Shown here: one piece after another, positions 38,694 through 48,881 of the stretch
How the letters are laid out: every line of letters starts with the position of its first letter
Numbering within the stretch: the first letter of the stretch is position 1
Assembly: GCA_041178185.1 (NCBI GenBank)
Contig: JBEGVS010000050.1
Span: forward strand, 45,186 to 109,185
Source: Pseudomonadota bacterium
GTDB taxonomy: Bacteria; Bdellovibrionota_C; UBA2361; OMII01
DNA: 64,000 bases
Direction of reading: 5' to 3'
The notes under the pieces: model-generated
Databases searched by the model: none
Seen by the model: only the letters and a program-made list of their open reading frames with translations
What the model was told of the DNA's origin: nothing
Made by a program: the position numbers and the translations under genes

Positions 38694-39228
38694 CGAATCC
38701 CACGCTCTGGCACTCGTACTCGCACTCTCAGGTGAGATGAAGGCTCCTTGGAGAGCGACTACCGGAAGTGATAGCCGATCATTGCTGTAACTAACCAAAC
38801 CGTGGAGCAAAAGATATGGTCACTGAAACGAGCGTAGGGATCGACTACCACGGGCCCCGTGTACAAGTATGCGCAATGTCTCTTAGCAGCGAAAACTCCC
38901 CTTCCCTCCTACTCTCAGGGCCGAGCCAATATGATTTCAAAACATATACATCCTGAGTGGAAGATGGGCGACCACGCCCTGATATTTGCATAACCCCCTA
39001 AAAGCGCGTTTTTCATATGTGCTTTAAGGTCGGAGCTATCTCTGGCGACTTACCGCGCGGTGTCTGAGACAAATAGGCAGGATGCAGGGATCTCATCGTC
39101 TTCTTTTAACAGGACCTCTCGGGCAAGCCGCCTACTGCACATCAGATACTTGTTAAAAAATAATTGGTTTTCCTATCCGTTCCCCAAGAGCTCAAAAGTA
39201 GGATGAACCATGAGGAGGTAGGCCGGCC

Positions 39229-40692
39229 CTACCGAGAGCACAGCCGATCAAATGCCCTCATGAGGTCCTTAGGATCCCACCCATTGCGAGGGCTATTTAC
39301 TATCTCAAGGACGTGTGGCAGGTCCTGACGAGACAAGGAAAGCGTTATCCTTTTGATGACGTCGATACAAACCTTAGCTCCTGCTTGGTTCCTGATGACG
39401 GAGTGGCCGTTTCCAATTCTATGCCAAATTTGCGCTTGACCTAGCACCCCCTCAATCAGGGCTGTTACATCAGTCAGGCCGATATCTGATGGCGTACTTT
39501 CTAGGGCGGAGCACAGCTGTTCTGACCATTGCATTTTCATCGAGCCAGAGATTTGGGAGTGGGGATTACTGGGCGTCTTCTTGTTGAGAGCCTGATACAG
39601 GGCGTGGACGGTCTCCACTCTTTGGGAGTGCTTCTTGAATTGAGCAACAGCGGCCTCTCGCTCGGCGATTGTGCGATTGAGGCTGGATAGGAGCGACTTT
39701 TGCTTTGCGATCTCCGCAGTCATCGCATCCCGTTGAGTTATCATGGTAGTGATTTGCCCGGACTCGAAGGCTCGAATGTTCTCCGTTGCCAGTTCCGCTG
39801 CTTTCTGAATCAAATCTCGCGAGCGTGTTCGCGCTCCCTCTGCATCGAAGGAACCGATCTTTTTCTGAAGTGCGTTCAGATCTTCTGCTAGGAGGGCGCA
39901 CCGCTCAACAAACGCTTGGTGCATGACCTCGGCTGTATGCACGCAATCTGAGATCGCGCCCGATAGCTCCAGTCCCTCGTTCTGCCTGTGATGGCTGAGA
40001 CAGATACTTTTCAAGCGTGGCATGCTCAGCAGCATCGCCAACGTGTCCACAACGCGTTCCTCAAAGCCGTCATCCCCGGACAGATCACCCAGAGCGTCGT
40101 TATATTGTCTGACGGCGATCTCTTGTCGCGCCACGGTGACCACATTGAGGACCCAATTACGTATATCCTTGAGTAGGTGTGCGGACTCCTCCGGCGTCAG
40201 CTCCGTGTTCGTTTTGAGCTGAAACGGCAAGCCCGCAAAGCGCACACTACGTGTGTGGTCGAAATTCGTTATAGCCGCCTCTAGGCAGGCGGGTGTCGCG
40301 ATGCCTACGGTCCTTCCGAACCAGTTGTTCCAGCGACCCGGTCTATAGCTCACGACCAAGGTCGGCGCCAATAATTGCAATCCACACCGAACCTCGGCTG
40401 AATTTTGAAGCGCTGGAAGCCGTTCCTGGGTAAGGGGGACGACGTGAGCGTATGCCTCCTCCCGTGTTCGCGAGAAGAGTTCAAGAATGGCCTTCATATG
40501 GGCCTTGAGGTCGTTGAGAGCCTGTTCGGATTTAGTCTCGGCGGCAGCAAGGCCGACTTTGAGGTCCGCAAGGGGATCGGTTGCGCGGTCAAAATCCCTG
40601 ACCACCGAGGGCGCAAGATCTCCCTGCTCTGTGCGCTTCGTGAGCGCCGGTGCGGTGCGTTCGTTCGATTGAGCATTCATAGTCGTCACCAC
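39229..40692 (-). CDS. Hypothetical coiled-coil protein
   Basis: 487-aa ORF, heptad-rich, divergent from the LysR gene. Confidence 0.7.
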   Translation of the reverse strand: MVTTMNAQSNERTAPALTKRTEQGDLAPSVVRDFDRATDPLADLKVGLAAAETKSEQALNDLKAHMKAILELFSRTREEAYAHVVPLTQERLPALQNSAEVRCGLQLLAPTLVVSYRPGRWNNWFGRTVGIATPACLEAAITNFDHTRSVRFAGLPFQLKTNTELTPEESAHLLKDIRNWVLNVVTVARQEIAVRQYNDALGDLSGDDGFEERVVDTLAMLLSMPRLKSICLSHHRQNEGLELSGAISDCVHTAEVMHQAFVERCALLAEDLNALQKKIGSFDAEGARTRSRDLIQKAAELATENIRAFESGQITTMITQRDAMTAEIAKQKSLLSSLNRTIAEREAAVAQFKKHSQRVETVHALYQALNKKTPSNPHSQISGSMKMQWSEQLCSALESTPSDIGLTDVTALIEGVLGQAQIWHRIGNGHSVIRNQAGAKVCIDVIKRITLSLSRQDLPHVLEIVNSPRNGWDPKDLMRAFDRLCSR

Positions 40693-40755
40693 AACCTCCT
40701 CCGTGGAGGCATCAAATGTTTTGTCTATCTTGCCGCATCGCTATATTCTAAGATA

Positions 40756-40771
40756 ATTAATAAAACTTAAT
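40756..40771. promoter_or_regulatory. Candidate LysR binding site (T-N11-A inverted repeat)
   Basis: ATTAA-N6-TTAAT in the AT-rich divergent promoter region. Confidence 0.5.
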
Positions 40772-40890
40772 GTTATATAAGTATATATTATATATGTTCG
40801 CCCGTCCGACTAGCCGCCGGTCTCTGCTAAGGCGGGGCGTTCGCGGGGAAAAGACGTTTTTCTCCACTCTGTATCGAAGAGAGGGATTCC

Positions 40891-41775
40891 ATGGAAACCA
40901 CAACACTCATGTCTGCTTCCAATTCGTGCCTCGAGGCCTTTTCCGCGGTGGTCCGATCAGGCAGCTTTTCTCTCGCCGCTCGACAGTTGCGGCTCACGCA
41001 GCCGGCTCTCTCGCTCAGAATCAAGCAGTTGGAGGAAACAACCGGTCAGCAACTCGTTCGTCGTGGACGAAAAGGAATAGCTCTCACTCCTGCAGGCCAA
41101 CGCTTGCTTGAGTATGTAAAGTTGCGCGAGATAATCGATCGCGAAGCGTATCAGGATATCTCAGGAGAGATTGCTACCGAGTTTAGTGGGCAGGTGAGAA
41201 TCGCCGGGCACTTTTCAATCATCAACCATTTTGTAGTGCCTGCTCTCGCCACCTTTTTGCGAGAGAATCCTCAAGTGCAGCTCGATACTATCATTCGTGA
41301 GGACGATGAAGTTCCCCGACTTATCGAGCAAGGTGAGTGCGAGCTCGCGCTCGTGCAGCGTGCCATTCAAAAGGATGCGTATGAAAGCCGTTTCTTGGGG
41401 GAGGAACGGTATGTGCTGATCCGGAGCACTCGCTACAACACGCGACTGAACGTTTTTCTCGATTCTCACGTCTCCGATGTGCTTACCGATGATTTTTTAA
41501 AAATTCAAAAGCCTTCTAAAAGAAAGACGCAGTATTCGCGCTCGTACTTTCACAATGAGACCGGTATCGTTCGAGCGGTGGAGCTGGGACTGGGGCAGGC
41601 CGTCGTCGCCGAACGAGAGCTGCTCGGAGGTGCGAAGGTGCGGAAAGTAGCCGGATACAAGAGCCTTGGGTTGCCCGCATTCCTTCAGTACTCAGCTCAC
41701 GCGAAGCGCTCAAAGCTGCTGTCGCGAATTATAGAAGTGCTTCTTGGCTCGGCGCCGTCCTTTCTTTCAACGTGA
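40891..41775 (+). CDS. LysR-family transcriptional regulator
   Basis: 'LEAFSAVVRSGSFSLAARQLRLTQPALSLRIKQLEETTGQQLVRR...LTPAGQRLL'. Confidence 0.95.
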   Translation: METTTLMSASNSCLEAFSAVVRSGSFSLAARQLRLTQPALSLRIKQLEETTGQQLVRRGRKGIALTPAGQRLLEYVKLREIIDREAYQDISGEIATEFSGQVRIAGHFSIINHFVVPALATFLRENPQVQLDTIIREDDEVPRLIEQGECELALVQRAIQKDAYESRFLGEERYVLIRSTRYNTRLNVFLDSHVSDVLTDDFLKIQKPSKRKTQYSRSYFHNETGIVRAVELGLGQAVVAERELLGGAKVRKVAGYKSLGLPAFLQYSAHAKRSKLLSRIIEVLLGSAPSFLST

Positions 41776-41912
41776 CATCCAACCTCTTTCTCTCAAGTGA
41801 GATGAAGGAGTATGGAGAAGGAGTATGGAGTATCAGCCTGTCTGTTATCAAACAGTTCGCCTGCTTTTCAAAAGTAGGGGGTCCCAGGGGGCGGACCAGG
41901 GGTGCCGAACGG

Positions 41913-43466
41913 TTATCCCATCGCCTGAGCTGACTGGCCAGAATGCTTGGCCAGATCTACTACTTCCTTGAGCATCTCAAGCTTGGTGATGATGCGAGGG
42001 ACCTTATTCTGTCCTCCCAGTTTGCCCCGTTGGCGCATCCATTCCGCGAAGAAACCGGGGGCTACGGGAAGGATCTCGGGAGCTTTGAGCCCGAAGCCCT
42101 CTGAGCGATGGGCCTCGTAGTCCTCGTTCCGTTTGCAGAGCCGCGCGTCGAGTGTTTGTTGGAAGCGCGCTAACGTTTCGCTTGAAGGAAGTTCGTTGGC
42201 GAATTCGACAACGTAGATGTGTCCACCAATTTCGCCTGAGCGTTCTGGGAATACTGGTCCAACGGTGAAGTCCGATACCTCCGTGTTGGTTTCGTGCGCG
42301 GCGGTCGCGATTCCATCCTCGATCTCCTCAGCGATGAGGTGCTCTCCGAACGCCGAGAGGTAGTATGAGGTGCGGCCGGTCACGAGAACGCGTGGTGTCT
42401 TGGTATCGACGAAGCGAACAGTATCGCCGATTACGTACGACCAGAGACCAGCGCACGTTGTAAGGATGATCGCGTAATTTACGTCTTGCTGAACGTTGCC
42501 GATCCAGTGACGAGTTGGCTGAGCGCTCTCAAGCTCCTCAAGGGGAACGAACTCAAAGAAGATACCGTGATCGAGGTTCATGCGAAGACCGTCGCCATAG
42601 CCGCGATCGCCTACCGCGATGAATCCCTCGCTCGCTGGATACACCTCGCGAAGCTCCGCGTGGCTGTCAGTGAGAAGCTCACGGAATCGATCGACGTACG
42701 GCGCGAAGTTCACGCCACCGTGCACCACCATTTCCAGATTTTCATAGATTCGCCCGATCTTGTTCTGCGCCTCTGGTCGGAGTGAATTGAGTTTGTCAAA
42801 GAAGATCAGCATCCACGCTGGAACGCCCGAGATCATGCGAATATCCTCGGTGAGAGAGAGGTTCGCTAGGGTGTCGATCTTCTCCTCCCAGTTTTTGAGG
42901 AGCGCCAATTCAGCGGGTGGGAAGTATCGCATCTTCGCCCACCATGGGAGCTCTTTCACCGAGATACCACTCAGATCTCCGAAGTAGATGCCAGGCGCTG
43001 CGTTTGTGAGGTCGGTACTTCCACCGAGCATGAAACTCTTGCCACCCATCAAACGTGAGTGCGGGCGATTTGTGACGTGATGAATGAGGAGATCCGTTCC
43101 CGCTTTTGTGTTCGACTTTAACATCTCACGGGAGTAGGGGATGTACTTCGTCGTTCCCGACGATGTTCCGGAGCTAACTGGAAAGTAGGGGATCGTTCCT
43201 GGCCACGTGCAGTCAGTGAGAACAGGGAAGCTCTCCTGCCAGAAGTCTCGCCAGAAGTCCTCGTACTTTCGAAGTGGAACCTGTCGTTGGTAGTCCTCAA
43301 TAGATGAAATCGAGGAGAAGCCGTGCATCTTTCCGAACTTTGTCGATGCCGCGTGACGGACGAGCCCTAAAAGTTGCTTCTTTTGAGTTTCAGCGGGGTT
43401 GAGGGTGTTGAGCTGTTGAGTACGCCAACGGGCGTAGAGCCGAAGGAGGGGAGTTGCGTCAAACAT
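41913..43466 (-). CDS. GH3 auxin-responsive family protein (acyl-acid amido synthetase-like)
   Basis: 'SSGTSSGTTKYIP', 'EVYPASEGF', 'AGLWSYVIGDTVRF', 'GKLGGQNKVPR'. Confidence 0.92.
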   Translation of the reverse strand: MFDATPLLRLYARWRTQQLNTLNPAETQKKQLLGLVRHAASTKFGKMHGFSSISSIEDYQRQVPLRKYEDFWRDFWQESFPVLTDCTWPGTIPYFPVSSGTSSGTTKYIPYSREMLKSNTKAGTDLLIHHVTNRPHSRLMGGKSFMLGGSTDLTNAAPGIYFGDLSGISVKELPWWAKMRYFPPAELALLKNWEEKIDTLANLSLTEDIRMISGVPAWMLIFFDKLNSLRPEAQNKIGRIYENLEMVVHGGVNFAPYVDRFRELLTDSHAELREVYPASEGFIAVGDRGYGDGLRMNLDHGIFFEFVPLEELESAQPTRHWIGNVQQDVNYAIILTTCAGLWSYVIGDTVRFVDTKTPRVLVTGRTSYYLSAFGEHLIAEEIEDGIATAAHETNTEVSDFTVGPVFPERSGEIGGHIYVVEFANELPSSETLARFQQTLDARLCKRNEDYEAHRSEGFGLKAPEILPVAPGFFAEWMRQRGKLGGQNKVPRIITKLEMLKEVVDLAKHSGQSAQAMG

Positions 43467-43487
43467 GGAGCTTCCGAGCAGAGACCT

Positions 43488-43748
43488 TTAAGCAAGGCCG
43501 CCAGCATGACCCTGAAATCGTTGCTCGGCAAGTACGGCCGGAAGGGATGGTCCAACAAAGAGGACTACCGAACCCTCTACGCGGCCGGAACGGGCGATCA
43601 TCTTGAGGAGTTCTCGACGGTTAGGGCTATGATGACGAATGCGCCCTGCGTGGGGATGGAGGCTCTCTGGCTTCCAGGAGTAGCTCGTAAGCTCTACCCA
43701 CTCACCATCGAACGCTTCACGAATCCGGCTCCATGGAATCTGTGCCAT
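43488..43748 (-). CDS. Small hypothetical protein (DUF5678-like pattern)
   Basis: 'MAQIPWSRIREAFDGEWVEL...GRIRHHSPNRREL' pattern of small TA-associated proteins. Confidence 0.5.
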   Translation of the reverse strand: MAQIPWSRIREAFDGEWVELTSYSWKPESLHPHAGRIRHHSPNRRELLKMIARSGRVEGSVVLFVGPSLPAVLAEQRFQGHAGGLA

Positions 43749-44119
43749 GACTATCCCCTTGGTAAAGTACCTGCCCATCGTACAGGTCTTTTCGGCGCTT
43801 ATCAAAATTATTTTCGTCCCACCCCTGAGGGGGCGAGACTGGGCCCGTCCGTAAAAAGGAGGGTCAGGGGGCTTAGGGGCATGAGTGCTGAAGCAAGTTC
43901 ATTGCTTTCTCGCCATCCGTGAGCCGCGGTGGGGTGGGGATTCAAGGACTTGCGCAAGATCAGTACCGTTTCGAGCTATCAACACCTTTCACGTAGCTTC
44001 AAGCGGCGTGTTTACAGAGGGGAACGGGATCGGATGCCATGATTTTCCGTGCGCTGTCCTGGGACCATCGGTTGAAGGTAGCCCGCCTTCGGGGCAAGGT
44101 CGCGCTTGGATTGGGACGG

Positions 44120-44425
44120 TTAGGAGACCTTAACCTTGTCTCGCTCAACGTTCGGTCTGTACGAATCAGCAAGGTCTTGAGCCAGAACGATATCGACTCG
44201 AATGGGTAAGTTGCTCTCCTCGATACCTTCGGCAACCGACGAGAGTAGGGAGGAGGAGATATCGCCCTCGACAAGGATGTCGAGATCAGAGAACGGTGTG
44301 AAATCTCCTCGTGCGCGGGAACCAAATATAAATAGAGTGGCCCCTTTGTCCTTCAAAGGCCGTATGATTAGATCCTGAACGATCGACCAATTTTCGGGTG
44401 ATAAGCCGAACGAACTTTCAGCCAT
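44120..44425 (-). CDS. Minimal nucleotidyltransferase (MntA-type antitoxin)
   Basis: GS-X10-DXD motif 'FGSRARGDFTPFSDLD'; TAATG overlap with the HEPN gene. Confidence 0.92.
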   Translation of the reverse strand: MAESSFGLSPENWSIVQDLIIRPLKDKGATLFIFGSRARGDFTPFSDLDILVEGDISSSLLSSVAEGIEESNLPIRVDIVLAQDLADSYRPNVERDKVKVS

Positions 44426-44814
44426 TAAGCCTCGCGCTCAAGAGATGTGACAAGTGCGTCTGCGTATGGAGGTATCTCCCTAGCTGAGGCGTATACCTCT
44501 TCAGCTAGGGCTTCTTTGTACGTGTGGCTAGAAAGGTTGCGGGCGTCAATGAAGCGAAGCCACGCCTCGACATCAGTGATGAGCGAAAGCTTGGCAGCCT
44601 CTCGAAAGGTGTTTTTCGGCGACAATGTTTCGCTTATACCGGAGGCCTTCAAGTAGCGTTGTAGCACCTTCCAACTTAGCTCAACGGTAAATTCAAATCG
44701 CTGAATCACCGAATCTCGCACGATATCGTCTTTCGGCAGGCTGAGCGCTTCTTTTAATCGGGAGATAGCTCGTTTAAGCTCCCCCAGTTGAATATCTGTT
44801 CGGTCCATCGCCAT
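44425..44814 (-). CDS. HEPN-domain protein (HI0074/HepT-like toxin)
   Basis: 'RDSVIQRFEFTVELSWKVLQRYL', R-X4-H 'RNLSSH'. Confidence 0.92.
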   Translation of the reverse strand: MAMDRTDIQLGELKRAISRLKEALSLPKDDIVRDSVIQRFEFTVELSWKVLQRYLKASGISETLSPKNTFREAAKLSLITDVEAWLRFIDARNLSSHTYKEALAEEVYASAREIPPYADALVTSLEREA

Positions 44815-45125
44815 AAGTATAGCACATAGCCTCACTATGTGTCCTTATGGCTCGTGAATCCCCAATTATATCTATGTGGGCCTTACGGGTTTTGGTGTGT
44901 CGGCGCACAGAGCTGATCGGATTGAAGCTTTTTGCTTGCGCAGTTTCTCCCAGGGCACGCTCTCAAGAAAGCGGTAGATTCCCGAGGCTCCCCGAAAGGT
45001 AAATAGTTACAAATACTTCGACTGTCCTTCAGGGCGCGCGTTCGGTCAAGGAGTTGTCGCCTCGGCACCTTTAGGTGGGGGCCCAGATGGTGTACGCTCT
45101 GTGACCTTACACATACGAGGTTTCC

Positions 45126-46442
45126 ATGGCTAAACCATCTAAGATATCCGGCTTTCCGGAGTGGCTCCCTGAGCAAAAGATCGCAGAGGAGAAGGTCATC
45201 TCCACGGTCAAACGGATCTACGAGGGCTTCGGCTTCTCTCCGATTGAGACTCCAGCGGTGGAGCTTCTCTCAACGCTCGGATCCAAGGGTGTTATCGATA
45301 AAGAGATCTTCGCCGTCAAACGCCTCAAGGCTGAAGAGGGTGATGAGGCTGAGCTTGGGCTTCACTTTGACCTTACCGTTCCCCTGGCGCGGTATGTGGC
45401 GCAACACGCGCACGCGCTGGTGTTTCCCTTCAAACGGTACCAACTGCAAAAGGTATGGCGTGGTGAGCGTCCACAGAAGGGACGTTTCCGAGAGTTCTAT
45501 CAATTCGATATCGATATCATAGGCCGGAACGATCTTCCGCTCTCATGCGATGCGGAGGTTGTGTCAGTCATTGGTTTAGTGATGGAGGCTCTGCAATTCG
45601 GGCCCTACACGATTCGCATCAACAGCAGAAAGTTGCTCGGTGGTATCTACGCAGAGCTTGGTCTCTCGGAGTCTGCTCGGAAGGCCGCCATTATCGCGGT
45701 TGATAAGATCTTGAAGATCGGCGCCGATGGCGTAGTTCGCGAGCTTCAAAAGATAGAGGGCATATCACAAACGTCTATCGATACCATAATAAAGTCGACA
45801 ACCATTCAGTGCCCGATCGAGCAGCTTGCCGAGAAGGTCGCGGGCCTCAACACTTCAAGCGCTCTGATCGCTGAGGGAATCCAGGATTTGACGACCATAT
45901 GCTCGCTGCTGCCGGCATCCGTGAGGGAGCGACTGATAATCGATGTGAGCCTTGCACGAGGGCTTGATTACTACACCGGCCTTATTGTTGAGACGGTTTT
46001 GATTAATCACCCAGAGTTTGGAAGCGTAATCTCTGGTGGGCGGTACGACGATCTTGCATCTCAGTTTACGGATCAAAAGCTCCCGGGCGTAGGCGTTTCG
46101 ATCGGGCTGAGTCGTTTGATGGAGCTCGCATTTACCGAGAACCTTATCGCGACAAATCGTAAGAGCCCGACTGAGGTTCTTATCACGGTGTACGATGAGG
46201 CGGATAGGCCACACCTTAACACCGTTGCGCAGGAGCTTCGCGGCCTGGGAGTGCCGACCGAGGTGTTCTTCAAGTGTCCGAAGTTGGGCAAGCAGATCGA
46301 ATACGCTGAGTCGAAGGGGATTCGCTACGTCGCATTTGTGGACTCAACGACCCGTGCAGTTCAGATCAAGGATATCGTTTCGAAGGAGCAGGTCTCGGTG
46401 TCGTCGCTCGCAGAGTGGGTCAGAACCGTTCGACAGGGGTAG
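45126..46442 (+). CDS. hisS: Histidine--tRNA ligase
   Basis: 'LHFDLTVPLARY', 'WRGERPQKGRFREFYQFDID', 'LARGLDYYTG', 'GGRYDDL', 'PGVGVSIGLSR'. Confidence 0.97.
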   Translation: MAKPSKISGFPEWLPEQKIAEEKVISTVKRIYEGFGFSPIETPAVELLSTLGSKGVIDKEIFAVKRLKAEEGDEAELGLHFDLTVPLARYVAQHAHALVFPFKRYQLQKVWRGERPQKGRFREFYQFDIDIIGRNDLPLSCDAEVVSVIGLVMEALQFGPYTIRINSRKLLGGIYAELGLSESARKAAIIAVDKILKIGADGVVRELQKIEGISQTSIDTIIKSTTIQCPIEQLAEKVAGLNTSSALIAEGIQDLTTICSLLPASVRERLIIDVSLARGLDYYTGLIVETVLINHPEFGSVISGGRYDDLASQFTDQKLPGVGVSIGLSRLMELAFTENLIATNRKSPTEVLITVYDEADRPHLNTVAQELRGLGVPTEVFFKCPKLGKQIEYAESKGIRYVAFVDSTTRAVQIKDIVSKEQVSVSSLAEWVRTVRQG

Positions 46443-46443
46443 T

Positions 46444-46848
46444 ATGGTGCAGTCCTTCACCGTTCGCACTCCCGGTCAGGGGCTTCACGAGATCACGGAT
46501 CGTGTAGCTCGCGTGGTTCAGGAGTCAGGAGTTGATGAGGGGCTATGTACGGTCTTCATCCGGCACACCTCCGCGAGCCTGACGATTCAGGAGAACGCTG
46601 ACCCTTCAGCGAAGGCGGACCTTGAGGCATGGCTCAATCGTTTGGTTCCAGAGAACGATCGATTGTACACCCACACCTTTGAGGGGCCCGATGATATGCC
46701 CTCACACATCAAAGCGATCCTGACGAACGTATCCCTCTCGATTCCGGTGATCGAGGGGAGGTTAACCCTTGGAACGTGGCAAGGGATCTACCTCTGGGAG
46801 CACAGAAGGAGTCCCCATACCCGCGAAATAGTAGTACATGTTGGATAA
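46444..46848 (+). CDS. yjbQ: YjbQ/UPF0047 family protein
   Basis: 'HTSASLTIQENADP', 'EGPDDMPSHIK', 'LGTWQGIYLWEHR'. Confidence 0.93.
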   Translation: MVQSFTVRTPGQGLHEITDRVARVVQESGVDEGLCTVFIRHTSASLTIQENADPSAKADLEAWLNRLVPENDRLYTHTFEGPDDMPSHIKAILTNVSLSIPVIEGRLTLGTWQGIYLWEHRRSPHTREIVVHVG

Positions 46849-46909
46849 GGTTGGCACGTTCGCCCCGTAGCGGCGTACAATAGGGGGAGCCCCTAGAACC
46901 CAAGGCAGT

Positions 46910-47509
46910 ATGTCGCAACGTTGGCAAAAAGTAGACGCATTCTTACAGGACGTTTTCTTCGTTACGGGGAACCGCTTTAAGCTTGCCGAAGTTGAAGCCG
47001 TGTTAGGCAAGATGCGCCACGTTGATCTCGATCTCCCCGAGGTTCAAGAGCTTGATTCCCGAAAAGTTGTCATCGCCAAAGCGCAAGCGGCGGTCCAGCA
47101 AGGCTATTCGCCGGTACTAATAGAGGACACCTCGTTATCGCTCACCGCGTTGAACGGACTCCCAGGTCCGCTGATCAAGTGGTTCTTGAAGGCGCTCGGC
47201 GGCGAAGGGGTCTACCAGATGGGACTCTCTCGCAACGATTGTCAGGCCGAGGTCAGAACGATCTTCGGACTCGCGCTCGGTCCTCAGACCCTGATCTATG
47301 GCGAGGGAGTTGTGCCCGGTAAGGTGGTGCCTCCTCGCGGGCGAGGATTCGGGTGGGACTCAATCTTTCAGCCAGACGGAAGTGATCTTACGATGGGTGA
47401 GATGACGCCTGAACAGAAGTCATCGTTTAGTATGCGGGTGCGGGCCTTGCAGGACCTCCGCGTGCAGCTTGAGCGGTTCCATGCATCGATCGCTCGAGAC
47501 AACGACTAA
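46910..47509 (+). CDS. Non-canonical purine NTP pyrophosphatase (Ham1/ITPase/RdgB family)
   Basis: 'FVTGNRFKLAEV', 'IEDTSL', 'GLPGPLIKWF', 'FGWDSIFQP', 'SMR'. Confidence 0.92.
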   Translation: MSQRWQKVDAFLQDVFFVTGNRFKLAEVEAVLGKMRHVDLDLPEVQELDSRKVVIAKAQAAVQQGYSPVLIEDTSLSLTALNGLPGPLIKWFLKALGGEGVYQMGLSRNDCQAEVRTIFGLALGPQTLIYGEGVVPGKVVPPRGRGFGWDSIFQPDGSDLTMGEMTPEQKSSFSMRVRALQDLRVQLERFHASIARDND

Positions 47510-47522
47510 GTGAAGTGTACGT

Positions 47523-48638
47523 GTGACCGTGAGCTCGGCATCAGAGGATAGATCTCCAAAGCTCTCTAGGAACATCGAGAAGGTGGCCCGATCACTTTTC
47601 GCTGACGTCGAAACGCAGCAGGCGTTTCTTCGCGCCGTAGAGCAGGGTGAGAGCGGTGTGACCGGTGTAGTATGGTTGTATGGAGATCCCCAAACCGGCA
47701 GCTTCTCAACCGGTGAACGCCCCGAGTGGCTACCCACCTGGATCGATGTCGCCGCGGAGGGCGAACGACCAGGAAAGCTCCCTGCGCACGACCAGGGAGA
47801 GCTCTACTGTATGGACCTGTCGTCCACCTTCGCCTGTGCCGCGCTCTCTGCAATACCCGAGCGCGGTGGTATTATCGTCGATGTCTGTGCGTCGCCAGGT
47901 GGCAAGGGTATTGTAGCTCGGCGCTACCTCCAGCCCGGTCTCGTGGTAGGAAACGAGGTTATCGGCAAACGAACGGCTCAACTTATCTCGAACTACAAAC
48001 GGTGCCGAGTCGATCCTTCCGTTGTGACCTCACTCGATCCAGAGAACCTAGGTACCGAGATACCGCATAGCGCCGACCTCGTGATAGTTGATGCGCCATG
48101 CTCCGGACAGTCGCTCGTCCTGAAAGGTATGGCGGCTCCCGGAGCATTTCATCCCGCAACGATTGGGATGAATGAGCGCCGACAACGCAGGATTCTCGCA
48201 CACTCACGGAACGTCGTTGCACCGGGTGGGTACCTTCTCTACGCGACCTGCACCTTTTCCCGGGAAGAGAACGAGGACAACGTTGAGTGGTTCCTTAAAA
48301 CCTTCCCTGATTTCTCCGCCGTGGTGGTCCCCGTTCTTGAACCGTATCGATCCCATATCGGAGAGCCCGTCACCTATCGACTCCTTCCCCATCAAGGAAA
48401 GGGCGCTGGGGCGTTCTGTGCGCTCCTGCGCCGCAAGACTGCTGAGGGACGTTTTGAACGGGAGTCCCCTGATAGTGTGACCGCAAAGCTTCGAACCGCG
48501 TGGAGATCTCCAACTCTTTTTGTCTCTCGAGCACCCAGCGCTGGTGAGCGTCGAGACCGCAAGCGCGATGATAAAGGGAAACGCGCTGCGAAGTATGAAC
48601 GACACAAGACGAAGCAGATGTTGCGGCGGCTCGACTAG
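47523..48638 (+). CDS. RsmB/RsmF/NOL1 family RNA m5C methyltransferase
   Basis: 'DVCASPGGK', 'VDAPCSG', 'YATCTF', 'ENEDNV'. Confidence 0.9.
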   Translation: MTVSSASEDRSPKLSRNIEKVARSLFADVETQQAFLRAVEQGESGVTGVVWLYGDPQTGSFSTGERPEWLPTWIDVAAEGERPGKLPAHDQGELYCMDLSSTFACAALSAIPERGGIIVDVCASPGGKGIVARRYLQPGLVVGNEVIGKRTAQLISNYKRCRVDPSVVTSLDPENLGTEIPHSADLVIVDAPCSGQSLVLKGMAAPGAFHPATIGMNERRQRRILAHSRNVVAPGGYLLYATCTFSREENEDNVEWFLKTFPDFSAVVVPVLEPYRSHIGEPVTYRLLPHQGKGAGAFCALLRRKTAEGRFERESPDSVTAKLRTAWRSPTLFVSRAPSAGERRDRKRDDKGKRAAKYERHKTKQMLRRLD

Positions 48639-48881
48639 AGTGCGATGGTGAACGATAGCTCATCGTCATAGGGAGCACCCGATCGACGACCGCTGTCATT
48701 CCACTTTAAGTGGAATAGGCTCGAAAAAAGCTCCGGCTCGACCACCTCGATATTTCAACTATTTGCACGAGGCTCTCCAGGTATGATCACACCTGATTCG
48801 GTAACTTATTTGAGATCTCAAGCACGCCGTGCCCTGCGCAAAATGAGCAAATTAGGCCAATTCTGTTACTATCTCTCAGTC

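Noticed and set aside
38684-38790. Glycine-riboswitch-like words (GGAGAG...CTCTCAGG...GGAGAGCG..CCGGAAG)
   Set aside because: The first half lacks the CCGAAG core, the second lacks CTCTCAGG, and no same-strand gene follows
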